This document shows positions 30,601 through 39,855 of a stretch of DNA of 64,000 nucleotides, piece by piece. Both the position numbers and the translations under genes were made by a program. The stretch lies in assembly GCA_963724295.1 (NCBI GenBank), contig CAVRUC010000008.1, forward strand, positions 96,001 through 160,000. Reading direction: 5' to 3'. Position 1 is the first letter of the stretch. Each line of letters opens with the position of its first letter. This DNA comes from an uncultured Chloroflexia bacterium. Its GTDB lineage: Bacteria; Chloroflexota; Chloroflexia; Thermomicrobiales; UBA6265. Below the pieces are notes generated by a model. That model saw nothing but the letters and a program-made list of their open reading frames with translations. It had not been told where the DNA came from and did no database searches.

Positions 30601-31574
30601 ACGTCCTGATCTGGCACATCCACGGCAGCTATCTCAACGCGCTGGCACGCGTCGATCACGACTGGATGCTCCCCGTAAAAGCGGGGCGGCCAGAGGGCTA
30701 CGGCGGGCGCGGCGCGACCTTTGACGTGCCCCCGAACATGCGGGAAGTCGCCGCCGAAGAAGTCCGCAACCTCGATATCGACGTCGTCGTGCTGCAAACC
30801 CCGAAGAACCTGCGGCAGGACGTGCCGGAGCTGCTCAGCCCGGACCAGCGGCGCCTTCCCACCCTCTATCTGGAGCACAACGTGCCGCGCCCCGACGCCG
30901 TGAACACGCGGCACCCCTTCGCCGACGAGCCGGGTCTGCTCGTCCACGTAACGCCGTACAACCGGCTGATGTGGGACAACGGCCCCCGGCCCACCCGCGT
31001 CATCGCCCACAGCGTCGCGTTGGACTCCGGCATCACCTATGAGGGCACCGTCGCCCGTGGCATCAGCGTCGTCAACGGCATGCAGGCACGTCCCCGGATC
31101 GCCGGCTATGACCTCTTCCTTCAGGCACGGAGCAAGGTGCCGCTCGACGCCGTCGGCATGGGCACGGAGGCGTTCGGTGGGCTGGGCGACGTCCCGTATC
31201 GAGACCTGCACCGGCTGACGGCCCGCTACCGGTTCCTGTTCAGCCCGATGCGCTACACCAGTCTGCCCCTGGCCGTCGTCGAAGCGATGTCGATCGGCAT
31301 GCCGGTTGTCGCTCTGGCCACGACCGCCCTCCCCGACGTGATCCAGGACGGCGTCAATGGCTATATCTCCAGCGACCCCGACGTGCTCATCGAGCGTATG
31401 AAAGCGCTCATCGCTGATCCCGAGCTGGCCCGCGCGCTGGGTCAGCGAGCGCGAGAGACCGCGCGCGAGCGGTTCGGGCTGGATCGGTTCCGCGCGGAAT
31501 GGGACGACGCGCTCCGTGCCACCATCGAGTTGACGACCGGGACCGCCCCGGCGCCGGCGGAGCTGCGCCGATGA
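30588..31574 (+). CDS. Glycosyltransferase family 4 (GT-B)
   Basis: WHIHGSYL, YLEHN.P, SLPLAVVEAM.IGMPVV, DGVNGY. Confidence 0.88.
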   Translation: MGRLNVLIWHIHGSYLNALARVDHDWMLPVKAGRPEGYGGRGATFDVPPNMREVAAEEVRNLDIDVVVLQTPKNLRQDVPELLSPDQRRLPTLYLEHNVPRPDAVNTRHPFADEPGLLVHVTPYNRLMWDNGPRPTRVIAHSVALDSGITYEGTVARGISVVNGMQARPRIAGYDLFLQARSKVPLDAVGMGTEAFGGLGDVPYRDLHRLTARYRFLFSPMRYTSLPLAVVEAMSIGMPVVALATTALPDVIQDGVNGYISSDPDVLIERMKALIADPELARALGQRARETARERFGLDRFRAEWDDALRATIELTTGTAPAPAELRR

Positions 31575-32917
31575 CCCGCCGCGTCGCCATGATCAGCGAG
31601 CACGCCAGTCCGCTCGCCCTCCTGGGCGGGGTCGACGCGGGCGGGCAGAATGTCTATGTCGATGCGGTGAGCCGCGGCCTCGTCGCTCACGGGTACGAGA
31701 CCGACGTCTTCACGGTGCGCGGCGACCTGGCGCAGCCGCGGGTCACCACCTGGGCGGACGGTGTCCGCGTCATCGAGATCCCGGTCGGTACCGGCGCTCC
31801 CCTGCCGAAAGACGCGCTCTGGCCCCACATGCCGGCGTTCCGGAACGCGATCGACCGCTTTGCCGATGGCGAAGGCACGGGGTACGACCTTATTCACGGG
31901 AATTTCTGGATGTCCGGTTGGGTGGCCGGGGAGCTCCGATCATGGTGGCGCACCCCGACGGTACAGATCTTTCACGCCACCGGTGTCACCAAGCTGCGCG
32001 AGCAAGGTGAGGCGGATACCAGCCCCTCCGGCAGAATCGAGGTTGAAAAGTCCGTGGTGCGGACGGTCGACCGCCTGATCGCCCAGTGCCCCGCCGAACG
32101 GGACGAGCTGCTGGCTGACTACGGCGCGCGGGCGGACCAGATCGCCCTGATTCCGTCCGCGGTCGATACCGATCGCTTCAAGCCAGTCGCCAGGAGCATC
32201 GCGCGCCGGACGCTCGGGATCGACCCAATGGCCGAGGTGATCGCCTACATCGGGCGAATCGTCCCTCGCAAGGACGTGCGCAACATCATCCGGGCGCTGG
32301 CACAGCTCAAAGCCCGCCGCCTCGCCGCGGGCATTACCGCGATGCCGACGCTACTAATCGTCGGGGGAGAAACAGAGCAACCTGACCCGGCCGCCACACC
32401 GGAGATCGGCGTACTGCAGGCGCTGGCGGCTGAGCTCGGCGTGCTGGATCACGTGACATGCGTGGGTCGTCGGCAGCCGGACGAGCTTCATCTCTGGTAC
32501 GCGGCGGCCGATGTTGCCGTCACCACGCCCTGGTACGAGCCGTTCGGGCTCACACCGCTGGAGTCCATGGCATGCGGCGTGCCTGTCATCGGGTCGTGTG
32601 TCGGCGGCATCGCCTTCACCGTCGCCGATGGCGAGACCGGGTATCTGGTGCCACCCCGCGATCCCGAAGCGCTCTGCGACCGGCTCGCTGACGTCCTGGG
32701 CGATCCGGAACGGAGCCTGCTCATGGGTCAGGCAGGGCGTGCCAGAGTCCTCCACTCGTTCACCTGGCAGCAGGTCGCCATGCGCACTGCCGAGCTGTAT
32801 GACGACCTCCTGCGCGAACGCCTGGCGCTCTCCTCAGCCCGTCGGCCGGCCCTGACGCGTGATGACCCGGTCGTACCGCGGCAGCCGCACATGCAAACGC
32901 AAGGAGTTCGAGCGTGA
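31571..32917 (+). CDS. Glycosyltransferase family 4 (MshA-like)
   Basis: MISEHASPLA.LGGVDAGGQNVYV, GRIVPRK, YEPFGLTPLESMACG. Confidence 0.92.
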   Translation: MTRRVAMISEHASPLALLGGVDAGGQNVYVDAVSRGLVAHGYETDVFTVRGDLAQPRVTTWADGVRVIEIPVGTGAPLPKDALWPHMPAFRNAIDRFADGEGTGYDLIHGNFWMSGWVAGELRSWWRTPTVQIFHATGVTKLREQGEADTSPSGRIEVEKSVVRTVDRLIAQCPAERDELLADYGARADQIALIPSAVDTDRFKPVARSIARRTLGIDPMAEVIAYIGRIVPRKDVRNIIRALAQLKARRLAAGITAMPTLLIVGGETEQPDPAATPEIGVLQALAAELGVLDHVTCVGRRQPDELHLWYAAADVAVTTPWYEPFGLTPLESMACGVPVIGSCVGGIAFTVADGETGYLVPPRDPEALCDRLADVLGDPERSLLMGQAGRARVLHSFTWQQVAMRTAELYDDLLRERLALSSARRPALTRDDPVVPRQPHMQTQGVRA

Positions 32918-33657
32918 CCGACCACCAATTGGCGCAAAAGATCGCATTCGTCACCGGCGCTGGCAGTGGCCTGGGCGAAGCGACCGCGCGCCGGCTGGCT
33001 GCCGCGGGGGCGTGCGTCACCTGCATCGATCTCGACGAGGAGCGCGCGCGCGGCACAGCGGCGGCGATTGACGCTTCAGGCGCGAGGGCGATCGGTGTCG
33101 GTTGCGACGTCGGCGATGAACGCGCCGTGCAAATGGCGGTCGACCGCACGCTGCAGACCTGGAACCGCATCGATATTGCCGTCAATTGCGCGGGTGTCGA
33201 CTATGTGCTGGGGATCGACGAGATAACGGTCGCGCAATGGGACCGGGTGATCGGCGTCAATCTGCGCGGTCCCTTCCTCGTCGCCAAGGCGGTCTTTCCG
33301 GTCATGAAGCGACTCGGCGGCGGCGATATCGTCAACGTGGCCTCGACCGCCGCCCTGCGTGCCTGGGGGAACGCCTCCGCCTACCACGCGTCGAAATGGG
33401 GTCTGGTTGGATTCAGTCGCGGGCTCGGGGTAGAGGGCCGCGCCGACGGCATCCGGGTAACGACGATCATCCCGGGGGGGATGAATACCCATTGGTTCGA
33501 TCGCTTTCCGGAGCAAGGGATCCCGCTCCCCGACCAGGGCAATCTGCAGGATCCCGCGAACGTCGCCGACGCCATCGCCTACGCCGTGGCACTCCCGCGC
33601 GGCTCCGTGATGCAGGAGATGCTGATCACGCCCCTCTCGGAAACGAGCTGGCCATGA
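32914..33657 (+). CDS. SDR family oxidoreductase
   Basis: TGAGSGLG, NCAG, YHASK. Confidence 0.92.
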   Translation: MTDHQLAQKIAFVTGAGSGLGEATARRLAAAGACVTCIDLDEERARGTAAAIDASGARAIGVGCDVGDERAVQMAVDRTLQTWNRIDIAVNCAGVDYVLGIDEITVAQWDRVIGVNLRGPFLVAKAVFPVMKRLGGGDIVNVASTAALRAWGNASAYHASKWGLVGFSRGLGVEGRADGIRVTTIIPGGMNTHWFDRFPEQGIPLPDQGNLQDPANVADAIAYAVALPRGSVMQEMLITPLSETSWP

Positions 33658-34739
33658 TCGCCGTACGATCCCCCTTGCGCATCAGCTTCGGCGGCGGCGG
33701 CACCGATCTCCCGGCCTACTACGAGCGGTTCGGCGGGATGGTCGTCAGCGCGGCGATCACTCCTGCCTGCCATGTGTCATTAGCGCCGCACGCGGGCACC
33801 GGCGTTACGGTCGAATCCCGCGATTTCCGGCTCGCCATCAGGGTGCCGTCACGGCGGCAGGTCGTGATCCGGGAACCACTGTCGCTGCCGCGGGCGGTCC
33901 TCACGTGGTTCGACGAACGGGGACTCTTCCCCGACGGCGTTCGCATCACGACGCGGGCGGATGTGCCGCCAGGCAGTGGTCTCGGCTCATCGAGCGCGAT
34001 GACCGTCGCCCTGGTGTCGGCAATCGCTTCCCATGTCTGCCTGCCGTTGACGCCACGGATGGCTGCCGAGATCGCCTGCGAGATCGAGATCGATCTTCTC
34101 GGGCGGCCCATCGGTCGTCAGGATCAATACGCATCGGCGCTGGGCGGGCTCAACACGATCACCTTCTCATCCGATGGGGTGGCCGTCACACCGATGCCCA
34201 TGCCGCCATCGACGCGGCAAGCGCTTCAGGATCACCTCCTGTTGGTTTCGACGCGCCGGACACGCGACTCCGCCAACGTGCTGCGGGCGCAGCGTGCCGC
34301 AACGGGCACCGATGGCGAGGTCACGCGTCGCCTGCATCGCATCAAGGAGCTGGCCGCCGCCATGGCGACGGCGCTGGTGGCCGGCGATCTGCCCGGGTTC
34401 GGAGCACTGCTGCACGAAAGCTGGCTGGTCAAGCGCGGCCTCGCGCAGGGGGTGAGCTCGACGGAGATCGACCGCTGGTACCAGATCGCCCGGGACCGAG
34501 GCGCTTATGGCGGCAAGATCACCGGAGCGGGCGGCGGGGGTTTCTTCCTCTTCTGCGTGCCCCCGCATCGCCGCGAGGACGTGATCCTCGGTCTCCGCGA
34601 CGCCGGTCTCGTGCCGTTGCCGTTCGCCTTCGACGACCAGGGGTGCATCGTGCGCGATCATCCGGTCCCCGGCGCCGCTCCATCCCGATCGCGGTTCACG
34701 ATGAAAGGACCCGCCCATGAGACGGCCAATGCCCGTTAG
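33654..34739 (+). CDS. hddA: GHMP kinase, D-glycero-alpha-D-manno-heptose-7-phosphate kinase type
   Basis: PLRISFGGGGTD, PPGSGLGSS, GRQDQY, GGKITGAGGGG. Confidence 0.88.
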   Translation: MIAVRSPLRISFGGGGTDLPAYYERFGGMVVSAAITPACHVSLAPHAGTGVTVESRDFRLAIRVPSRRQVVIREPLSLPRAVLTWFDERGLFPDGVRITTRADVPPGSGLGSSSAMTVALVSAIASHVCLPLTPRMAAEIACEIEIDLLGRPIGRQDQYASALGGLNTITFSSDGVAVTPMPMPPSTRQALQDHLLLVSTRRTRDSANVLRAQRAATGTDGEVTRRLHRIKELAAAMATALVAGDLPGFGALLHESWLVKRGLAQGVSSTEIDRWYQIARDRGAYGGKITGAGGGGFFLFCVPPHRREDVILGLRDAGLVPLPFAFDDQGCIVRDHPVPGAAPSRSRFTMKGPAHETANAR

Positions 34740-35373
34740 TCCCGAAGTTCCGCTGCAGACCCTGCTGCGGGACTATTGGGACGAAGTCGCTAACGTCGCG
34801 GCTCTGGTCGATCTCGACTGCCTGGAGCGAGTGGCGATCATGCTGCTGAGCTGCCAGGCGCGCGGGCGCGTCGTCTTCGTCGTCGGCAACGGCGGTAGCG
34901 CGGCGACGGCGTCCCATTTCGCCTGTGACCTGAGCAAGGGGACGCGACGCGACGGACCGCCAACGTTTCACGTGGTCTCGCTGACCGACAACGTGCCGTT
35001 GCTGACCGCATGGGCCAACGACAGCGGCTACGAGCGCGTGTTCTCCGAGCAGCTCACGGCGCTGGCGCGGCCCGGCGACCTCCTGGTTGCCATCTCGGCG
35101 AGTGGCAATTCGCCGAATGTGGTCGCCGCGATCGATGCGGCGCGGTCGTGCGGCATGGCCGTTGTCGGTCTCTCCGGTCGCTCGGGTGGACGCCTCGCGC
35201 ACCTGGCGGACGTCGTCGTGAACGTGCCGTCGGATCGCATCGAGGTCGTCGAGGACGCCCATCTGGTGGTGGCCCACAGCCTGTGCGTCGCCGTGCGCGA
35301 GCGACTCGCCTCAGGCGAGACCCCTGTTCCCACCAGCCTCACCGTCGTGCCGGGCCGACGCGCCGGCCGCTGA
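34717..35373 (+). CDS. Second GmhA-like SIS phosphoheptose isomerase
   Basis: GNGGSAATASH, WANDSGY, ISASGNS, VEDAH. Confidence 0.88.
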   Translation: MRRPMPVSPEVPLQTLLRDYWDEVANVAALVDLDCLERVAIMLLSCQARGRVVFVVGNGGSAATASHFACDLSKGTRRDGPPTFHVVSLTDNVPLLTAWANDSGYERVFSEQLTALARPGDLLVAISASGNSPNVVAAIDAARSCGMAVVGLSGRSGGRLAHLADVVVNVPSDRIEVVEDAHLVVAHSLCVAVRERLASGETPVPTSLTVVPGRRAGR

Positions 35374-35441
35374 TGATGAAGCGCAACAGTTACCCGAAAC
35401 GCAAAGGGTTCTAGCATCGCTTTGCGTATTTAGCGCTGCTT

Positions 35442-36881
35442 CTACCTGCGGCGCTTCTTGCGGTTCTTGTCACCGACATGGAGCACCCCTTCGTTGGTGC
35501 CATCCGGATCATTCGGCAAGACGACGTCTCTGCGTGTACTCAGGAGATGGGCCTTGACGTCAGCCGGACTCGCACCCCGGTTGTCCGCGAGATAGAGTGC
35601 GGCCGCGCCGGCAACGTGCGGGGAGGCCACACTCGTCCCGGATCCCCTCGCGTATCCACCCAGGACGGTCGAGAGCGTGTTCACCCCGGGGGCGGCAATG
35701 TCGACGTCGGCGCCGAAGTTGCTAAAGCTCGCCAGGGAGTCGTCCGGTCCAGCCGATGTCGCGGGACCGTCCCCACCCTGGCGGCCATCCGAGTCGGCCA
35801 AGGCCGAGACGGTGATCACTTCGTCGTACGCCGCGGGAACTGTGCTCGTCGCATCCTTGCTGTCGTTGCCGGCGGCGACGACCACCGGGACGCCGGCGTC
35901 CACTACCCGGCAGACTGCGCTGTGCAGTGCGTCGTTGTCCGAACACGTACTGTCCGAACCGGGCGCACCGAGACTCATGTTGACGACGTCGATCTTGTCG
36001 CTATTGGCAACGACCCAATCCAATCCACAAATGACTTCTGACCACCAGCCGCGCTTGTCGCTGTGGAGCACTTTGACCGCCCAGAGACGTGCGCCAGGCG
36101 CAACGCCGACCACCCCAAAGCTGTTATCCAGGGCACCGATGGTACCGGCGACGTGGGTGCCGTGCCCGTTATCGTCCTCGTAGCTCGTGTTGCCCGCAAC
36201 GCATGAGATGCCGCCGGCCACGTTCAAATCGGGGTGCGGGCCTATTCCGGTGTCGAGCACCGCCACATCGACATCCACCCGCTCATCACTGCCGTTGATC
36301 TTTGCTGTCGCGTTCTGGTCCGCATCGATCCGATTGATCCCCGTCGGGACGGTCTGCTCAAAGGCACGGACCTGCCGGTCAGGTACGACGGACTCGACCA
36401 GTGGGTCGTTGCGGACATCGTCGAGCTGGTCGTCCGGGATGACCGCGGCAAATCCATCGAGGATTTCTTCGTACACATGGGTGATGACAACATCAGCTGA
36501 TTCCGAGGCGATGGTGCTGGCGGTCCGCTCTGGGTCAGCCCTGCCGGGCTTGAGGACCACGATGTAGCGATCCTCGGCACTCTTGCCCCTTCCCGCTCCC
36601 GGGCCGGAGCGGTCCCGATTCTTGTCCTTCTGCTCGCGGCCTGCTTTCCCGTCCTTCGATTTCTTATCTTGCTGGCGGTTCTGCTGCCCGGGGTCGTGCT
36701 TGTGTTCCCGCTTCACCCGCCGAGAGGTCAATTCGGGACCGGCGTGTCCTGGAGCGGCACCGGGCGCGCTGGAAGTCCCGGCCGCCACCGGGTTGGGGAT
36801 CAGCAGCCCCGACAGCGTCCCCGAGAAGGCAAGAGACAGGATGAGGGTGAGATTGAGGAGCGAAATCGAGTGCCGTCCCAT
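35442..36881 (-). CDS. Secreted subtilisin-like S8 peptidase with I9 propeptide
   Basis: VAVLDTG, HGTHVAG, SGTSVASPHVAG; YIVVLK...YEEILDGFA prodomain. Confidence 0.94.
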   Translation of the reverse strand: MGRHSISLLNLTLILSLAFSGTLSGLLIPNPVAAGTSSAPGAAPGHAGPELTSRRVKREHKHDPGQQNRQQDKKSKDGKAGREQKDKNRDRSGPGAGRGKSAEDRYIVVLKPGRADPERTASTIASESADVVITHVYEEILDGFAAVIPDDQLDDVRNDPLVESVVPDRQVRAFEQTVPTGINRIDADQNATAKINGSDERVDVDVAVLDTGIGPHPDLNVAGGISCVAGNTSYEDDNGHGTHVAGTIGALDNSFGVVGVAPGARLWAVKVLHSDKRGWWSEVICGLDWVVANSDKIDVVNMSLGAPGSDSTCSDNDALHSAVCRVVDAGVPVVVAAGNDSKDATSTVPAAYDEVITVSALADSDGRQGGDGPATSAGPDDSLASFSNFGADVDIAAPGVNTLSTVLGGYARGSGTSVASPHVAGAAALYLADNRGASPADVKAHLLSTRRDVVLPNDPDGTNEGVLHVGDKNRKKRRR

Positions 36882-37424
36882 CGAGGCCTTCCCGCGATGC
36901 GCCAGGGCCGGGGCCGGCAGATCGGATCCGGCCTAGAAGATGAACGAATGCTATGAGAGACGTTGTTGTGACCATCGGGCAAGTGACAACCGTTTATGAA
37001 CTGTTCCAAATAGTGGCGCGTTGAGTGCACGTTGTCAAGACGCTGGTGCTCTGCTAGCGCGGTTCCCCAAGTCGGGTGCGATGGGTCCAAGCAGGTCGTC
37101 AAGGAGTGTCGGAGCTTCGTCAATTGGTCTTCGCGGCGCACCGTTACGCGAATGTTCGCCACGGACGGTGGCTGCCACTCCCGGGGCCGATCGACCATGC
37201 CGGCTGGGTGGTAGTGCTCCCTCGCCAGAAAACCAGGACTTCCAGGGCAAAAAGCAGGGAGAAGGGTTTGCTTTGTGGTTGAGCCGGCTCACGGTACCGC
37301 AGCCAGGCGTTGAGCTATTTTCTCGACTCACGAAAGAGAGATGCCGTGAGCCTGGTCAGTCTTGCCCACTATCATTGCGACGGCTCAGTTGGGCGAGCCC
37401 ATCAGGACTGGCGTAGAGGGAAAC

Positions 37425-37790
37425 ATGGGACGGAAGCACTGGCTCATCTGGGACGGTGGGTGAGACTTCTGAAGAAGAACTGCCGCCTGGTTCAGGCGGC
37501 GTGACCAACAGCAGCGATTCGAGATCGTGTCCTTCCAGGAGTGTCCAAGTCCGCCGATGACTCCCGTGCTGCGCGAGCAAGCCCGCAAAGCGGTGCAAGT
37601 GATAACCGCCGATGGCCGCCAACTTTCCGCGGGCCGGGCGATCCTCTTTGCCCTGGACGAGATTCACTGGCATCCCAGCGCAGTTCGTCTCGCTGCACGG
37701 CGTCCATTCATCTGGCTCGTCGAGCTTGGCTACTGGATCGTCGCTCGCAACCGGCCGATCTTCGGTCGCTTTCTGTTTCGCTCGGAATGA
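37425..37790 (+). CDS. DCC1/DUF393 thiol-disulfide oxidoreductase, putative selenoprotein with UxxU (TGA at 37461 and 37470)
   Basis: MGRKHWLIWDGG-TGA-DF-TGA-RR aligns to DxxCxxC; in frame with the 37527 ORF ending LGYWIVARNR; GAGGG RBS. Confidence 0.85.
37482..37500 (+). promoter_or_regulatory. Putative bacterial SECIS element
   Basis: Perfect 8-bp stem GCCGCCTG/CAGGCGGC with GTT loop; 17 nt between the second UGA and the loop, 26 nt from the first. Confidence 0.75.
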
Positions 37791-37989
37791 GCGGATCCGG
37801 CCTCAACCATGTAAGGGCGCGGTCGCTGCTCTGGCGGTTGACCATGCCAATGTCGAGGATTGATCAACCAGCCGCGTAGCTGAATATTGGTTGGGCGGCC
37901 TCGCTCTTCATCGAGTGGTCGTAGGAGCCTACCGCCAGGAGGTGGCGACCCGACCGAACGTACGAGCTCGGCACACTCCGCATGCCGTC

Positions 37990-39682
37990 CTAGCAGACGT
38001 GATTCCAGAAGACTTTCTGCTGTACCGGACCGCGCTGGTTATCTTCCATCGTCTGTTGCCAAAGTTGCACGATTTCGAACGTCATGAGTTGGGATGGGGT
38101 CCCCGCGTGCGTTCCATTCCAGTTTCGGCAGATGTACTGACCGAGAGAGAGAAGGACATCCGAGTCACCCGAATTGGCGAGCGATTCGAACACCTTTCGC
38201 CAGCGCTCCTCACCGTTGAAGGTTGCGCGAACGTCGCTCGGCTCTCCCCATTCGACCTCCGCGACGAGATGTGGGTTGTCCTCGACTACGGACGGAAGCA
38301 AATCAATCTGCCGCCCGTCTTGCAACGTTCCTGGGACGATGAACCACATCGTGCTCTTGACGGGATATGGGGCGAACATCCCCCAGTACTGCGGGAGACC
38401 GAGGACGAAGCCGATCGGACGAACGACACCCGGCACTGCTGACACGGAAATCGTGGAGAGGTTCCATGCCAGGACAAACATCAAGCATGCGGTCGCGAAC
38501 AGGTTGACAACAAGCGACGCTCGCCGCGATGTGCGCAAGCCCACGTGCTGAGACGCTGGTACGGCCTCTCCTGTGCCCGGATGACCGGCGCGGGCAAGAG
38601 CACCATGACCAGAAGTCCCGAGCGGCAGTTCGGCAATCGATAAACGCCCGACGCCAGCCGGTGATAGGAGTCGCATCCAGGGCGCTGCCCAGGACGGGTG
38701 TCCGAGGCCGGCAACCGCCTGCCGGGCTGGTCGCACTCCAGAGAACAGCCGTCGTGGGTCCAATCGCATCCGGGGGACCAGCGATTCCCAGAACCAGCTC
38801 GGCAGGAAACAGACCATACACGCCGCGCCAATCCAGGGGAAGAAGCCAACAGCAAGTGTCATCGCAATACCGGCGTGCAAGCCCGACAACGCCGGCGATT
38901 CCTGCCATACGGGCCGGGACGGTGAAGAACGGAGAGAACAGCAAGAGTGGGGCGACGATTTCGAGTGCCAATGTGCCGAAGGTAAGCACTTTCAATAGGT
39001 CAGGAAACTGAAGCAGATACGCGCCGATCGGGGTTTCGAGTTGCTTCGCGCTCAAGGCGTAATAGAGCGCGGTGCCATCGACACGCCACTCAGGGCCAGT
39101 CTTGAGGAGCGCCGTGAACCAGTACACGAACGCGATCTGGAGGAATAAGCCGGCGGTGGCCACGGAGAGCACCCGTGTCGACGGCGGATCGGGCTCGGCT
39201 CCACGGAGGCGGTCGACCGACCAGCAGGCGCCAAGCGGCAGGAACATCGACCAGAACAACAACAGACGCAGCAATTCATCAGCGCTGTAGCCAACGAGGT
39301 AATTCCGCCACTGGATCGACATCACGAGGAGCCAGACGATGACGACCATGAGGCGGGTCCGATATCCAATGAGCATGGCCACGGCCGCTATTGCCGCAAT
39401 CGAGAAGAGCGCCCATTGAATTTCCGCGGTGCCATTGATGAAGTTCAGGGATAAGAGCCAGGGGTCGATCTTTTCGGCTTGAACACGTCGCGGGAGAATT
39501 CCACCATCCGAATAATGCACGGCAAGATTTGTCGCCCGGCTGGCGAGATCAAAAAGCACGGTCAGGGCAAGCACTATACGAAGCGCTGCAAGCGAGCGCA
39601 GGTCTGCGCCGAAAATCTCACGAAGCTTCAGCCGTCCCCAATCCCATCCCAACGTGGTTTTGCGACGGTTCGCCAAACGCAT
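37990..39682 (-). CDS. HTTM-domain (vitamin K-dependent gamma-carboxylase-like) membrane protein, frameshift near 38884
   Basis: DLRSLAALRI, IGYRTR, LLFWSMFLPLG..WSVD, GPEW..DGTA, QYWGMFAP, RWRK. Confidence 0.85.
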
Positions 39683-39805
39683 GGATTTCCTCGAGAGAGC
39701 TCGTGTGCAGTTTGGTGATTCACTGCCGACGGATAGTGTCGCACGAGCGCGCCCCCGTAACAGCCGAGGGCGCGACAGTGCAAATTGCCGGTTTTATGGA
39801 ATGGA

Positions 39806-39835
39806 CTTACCCCTCCCCGGCTTGGGAGGGGTAAG
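39806..39835 (-). terminator. Hairpin downstream of the LPDTG protein gene
   Basis: CTTACCCCTCCC-cggctt-GGGAGGGGTAAG, 12-bp stem. Confidence 0.6.
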
Positions 39836-39855
39836 ACCGGTTCATGATTGCGTTG

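Noticed and set aside
31571..32917. mshA mycothiol glycosyltransferase
   Set aside because: GT4 of a similar subfamily but embedded in the heptose operon; a specific assignment is unsupported
37425..37790. DCC1 pseudogene with nonsense mutations
   Set aside because: Both stops are TGA exactly at the motif Cys positions, the rest of the gene is intact, and a SECIS-like hairpin follows; recoding fits better
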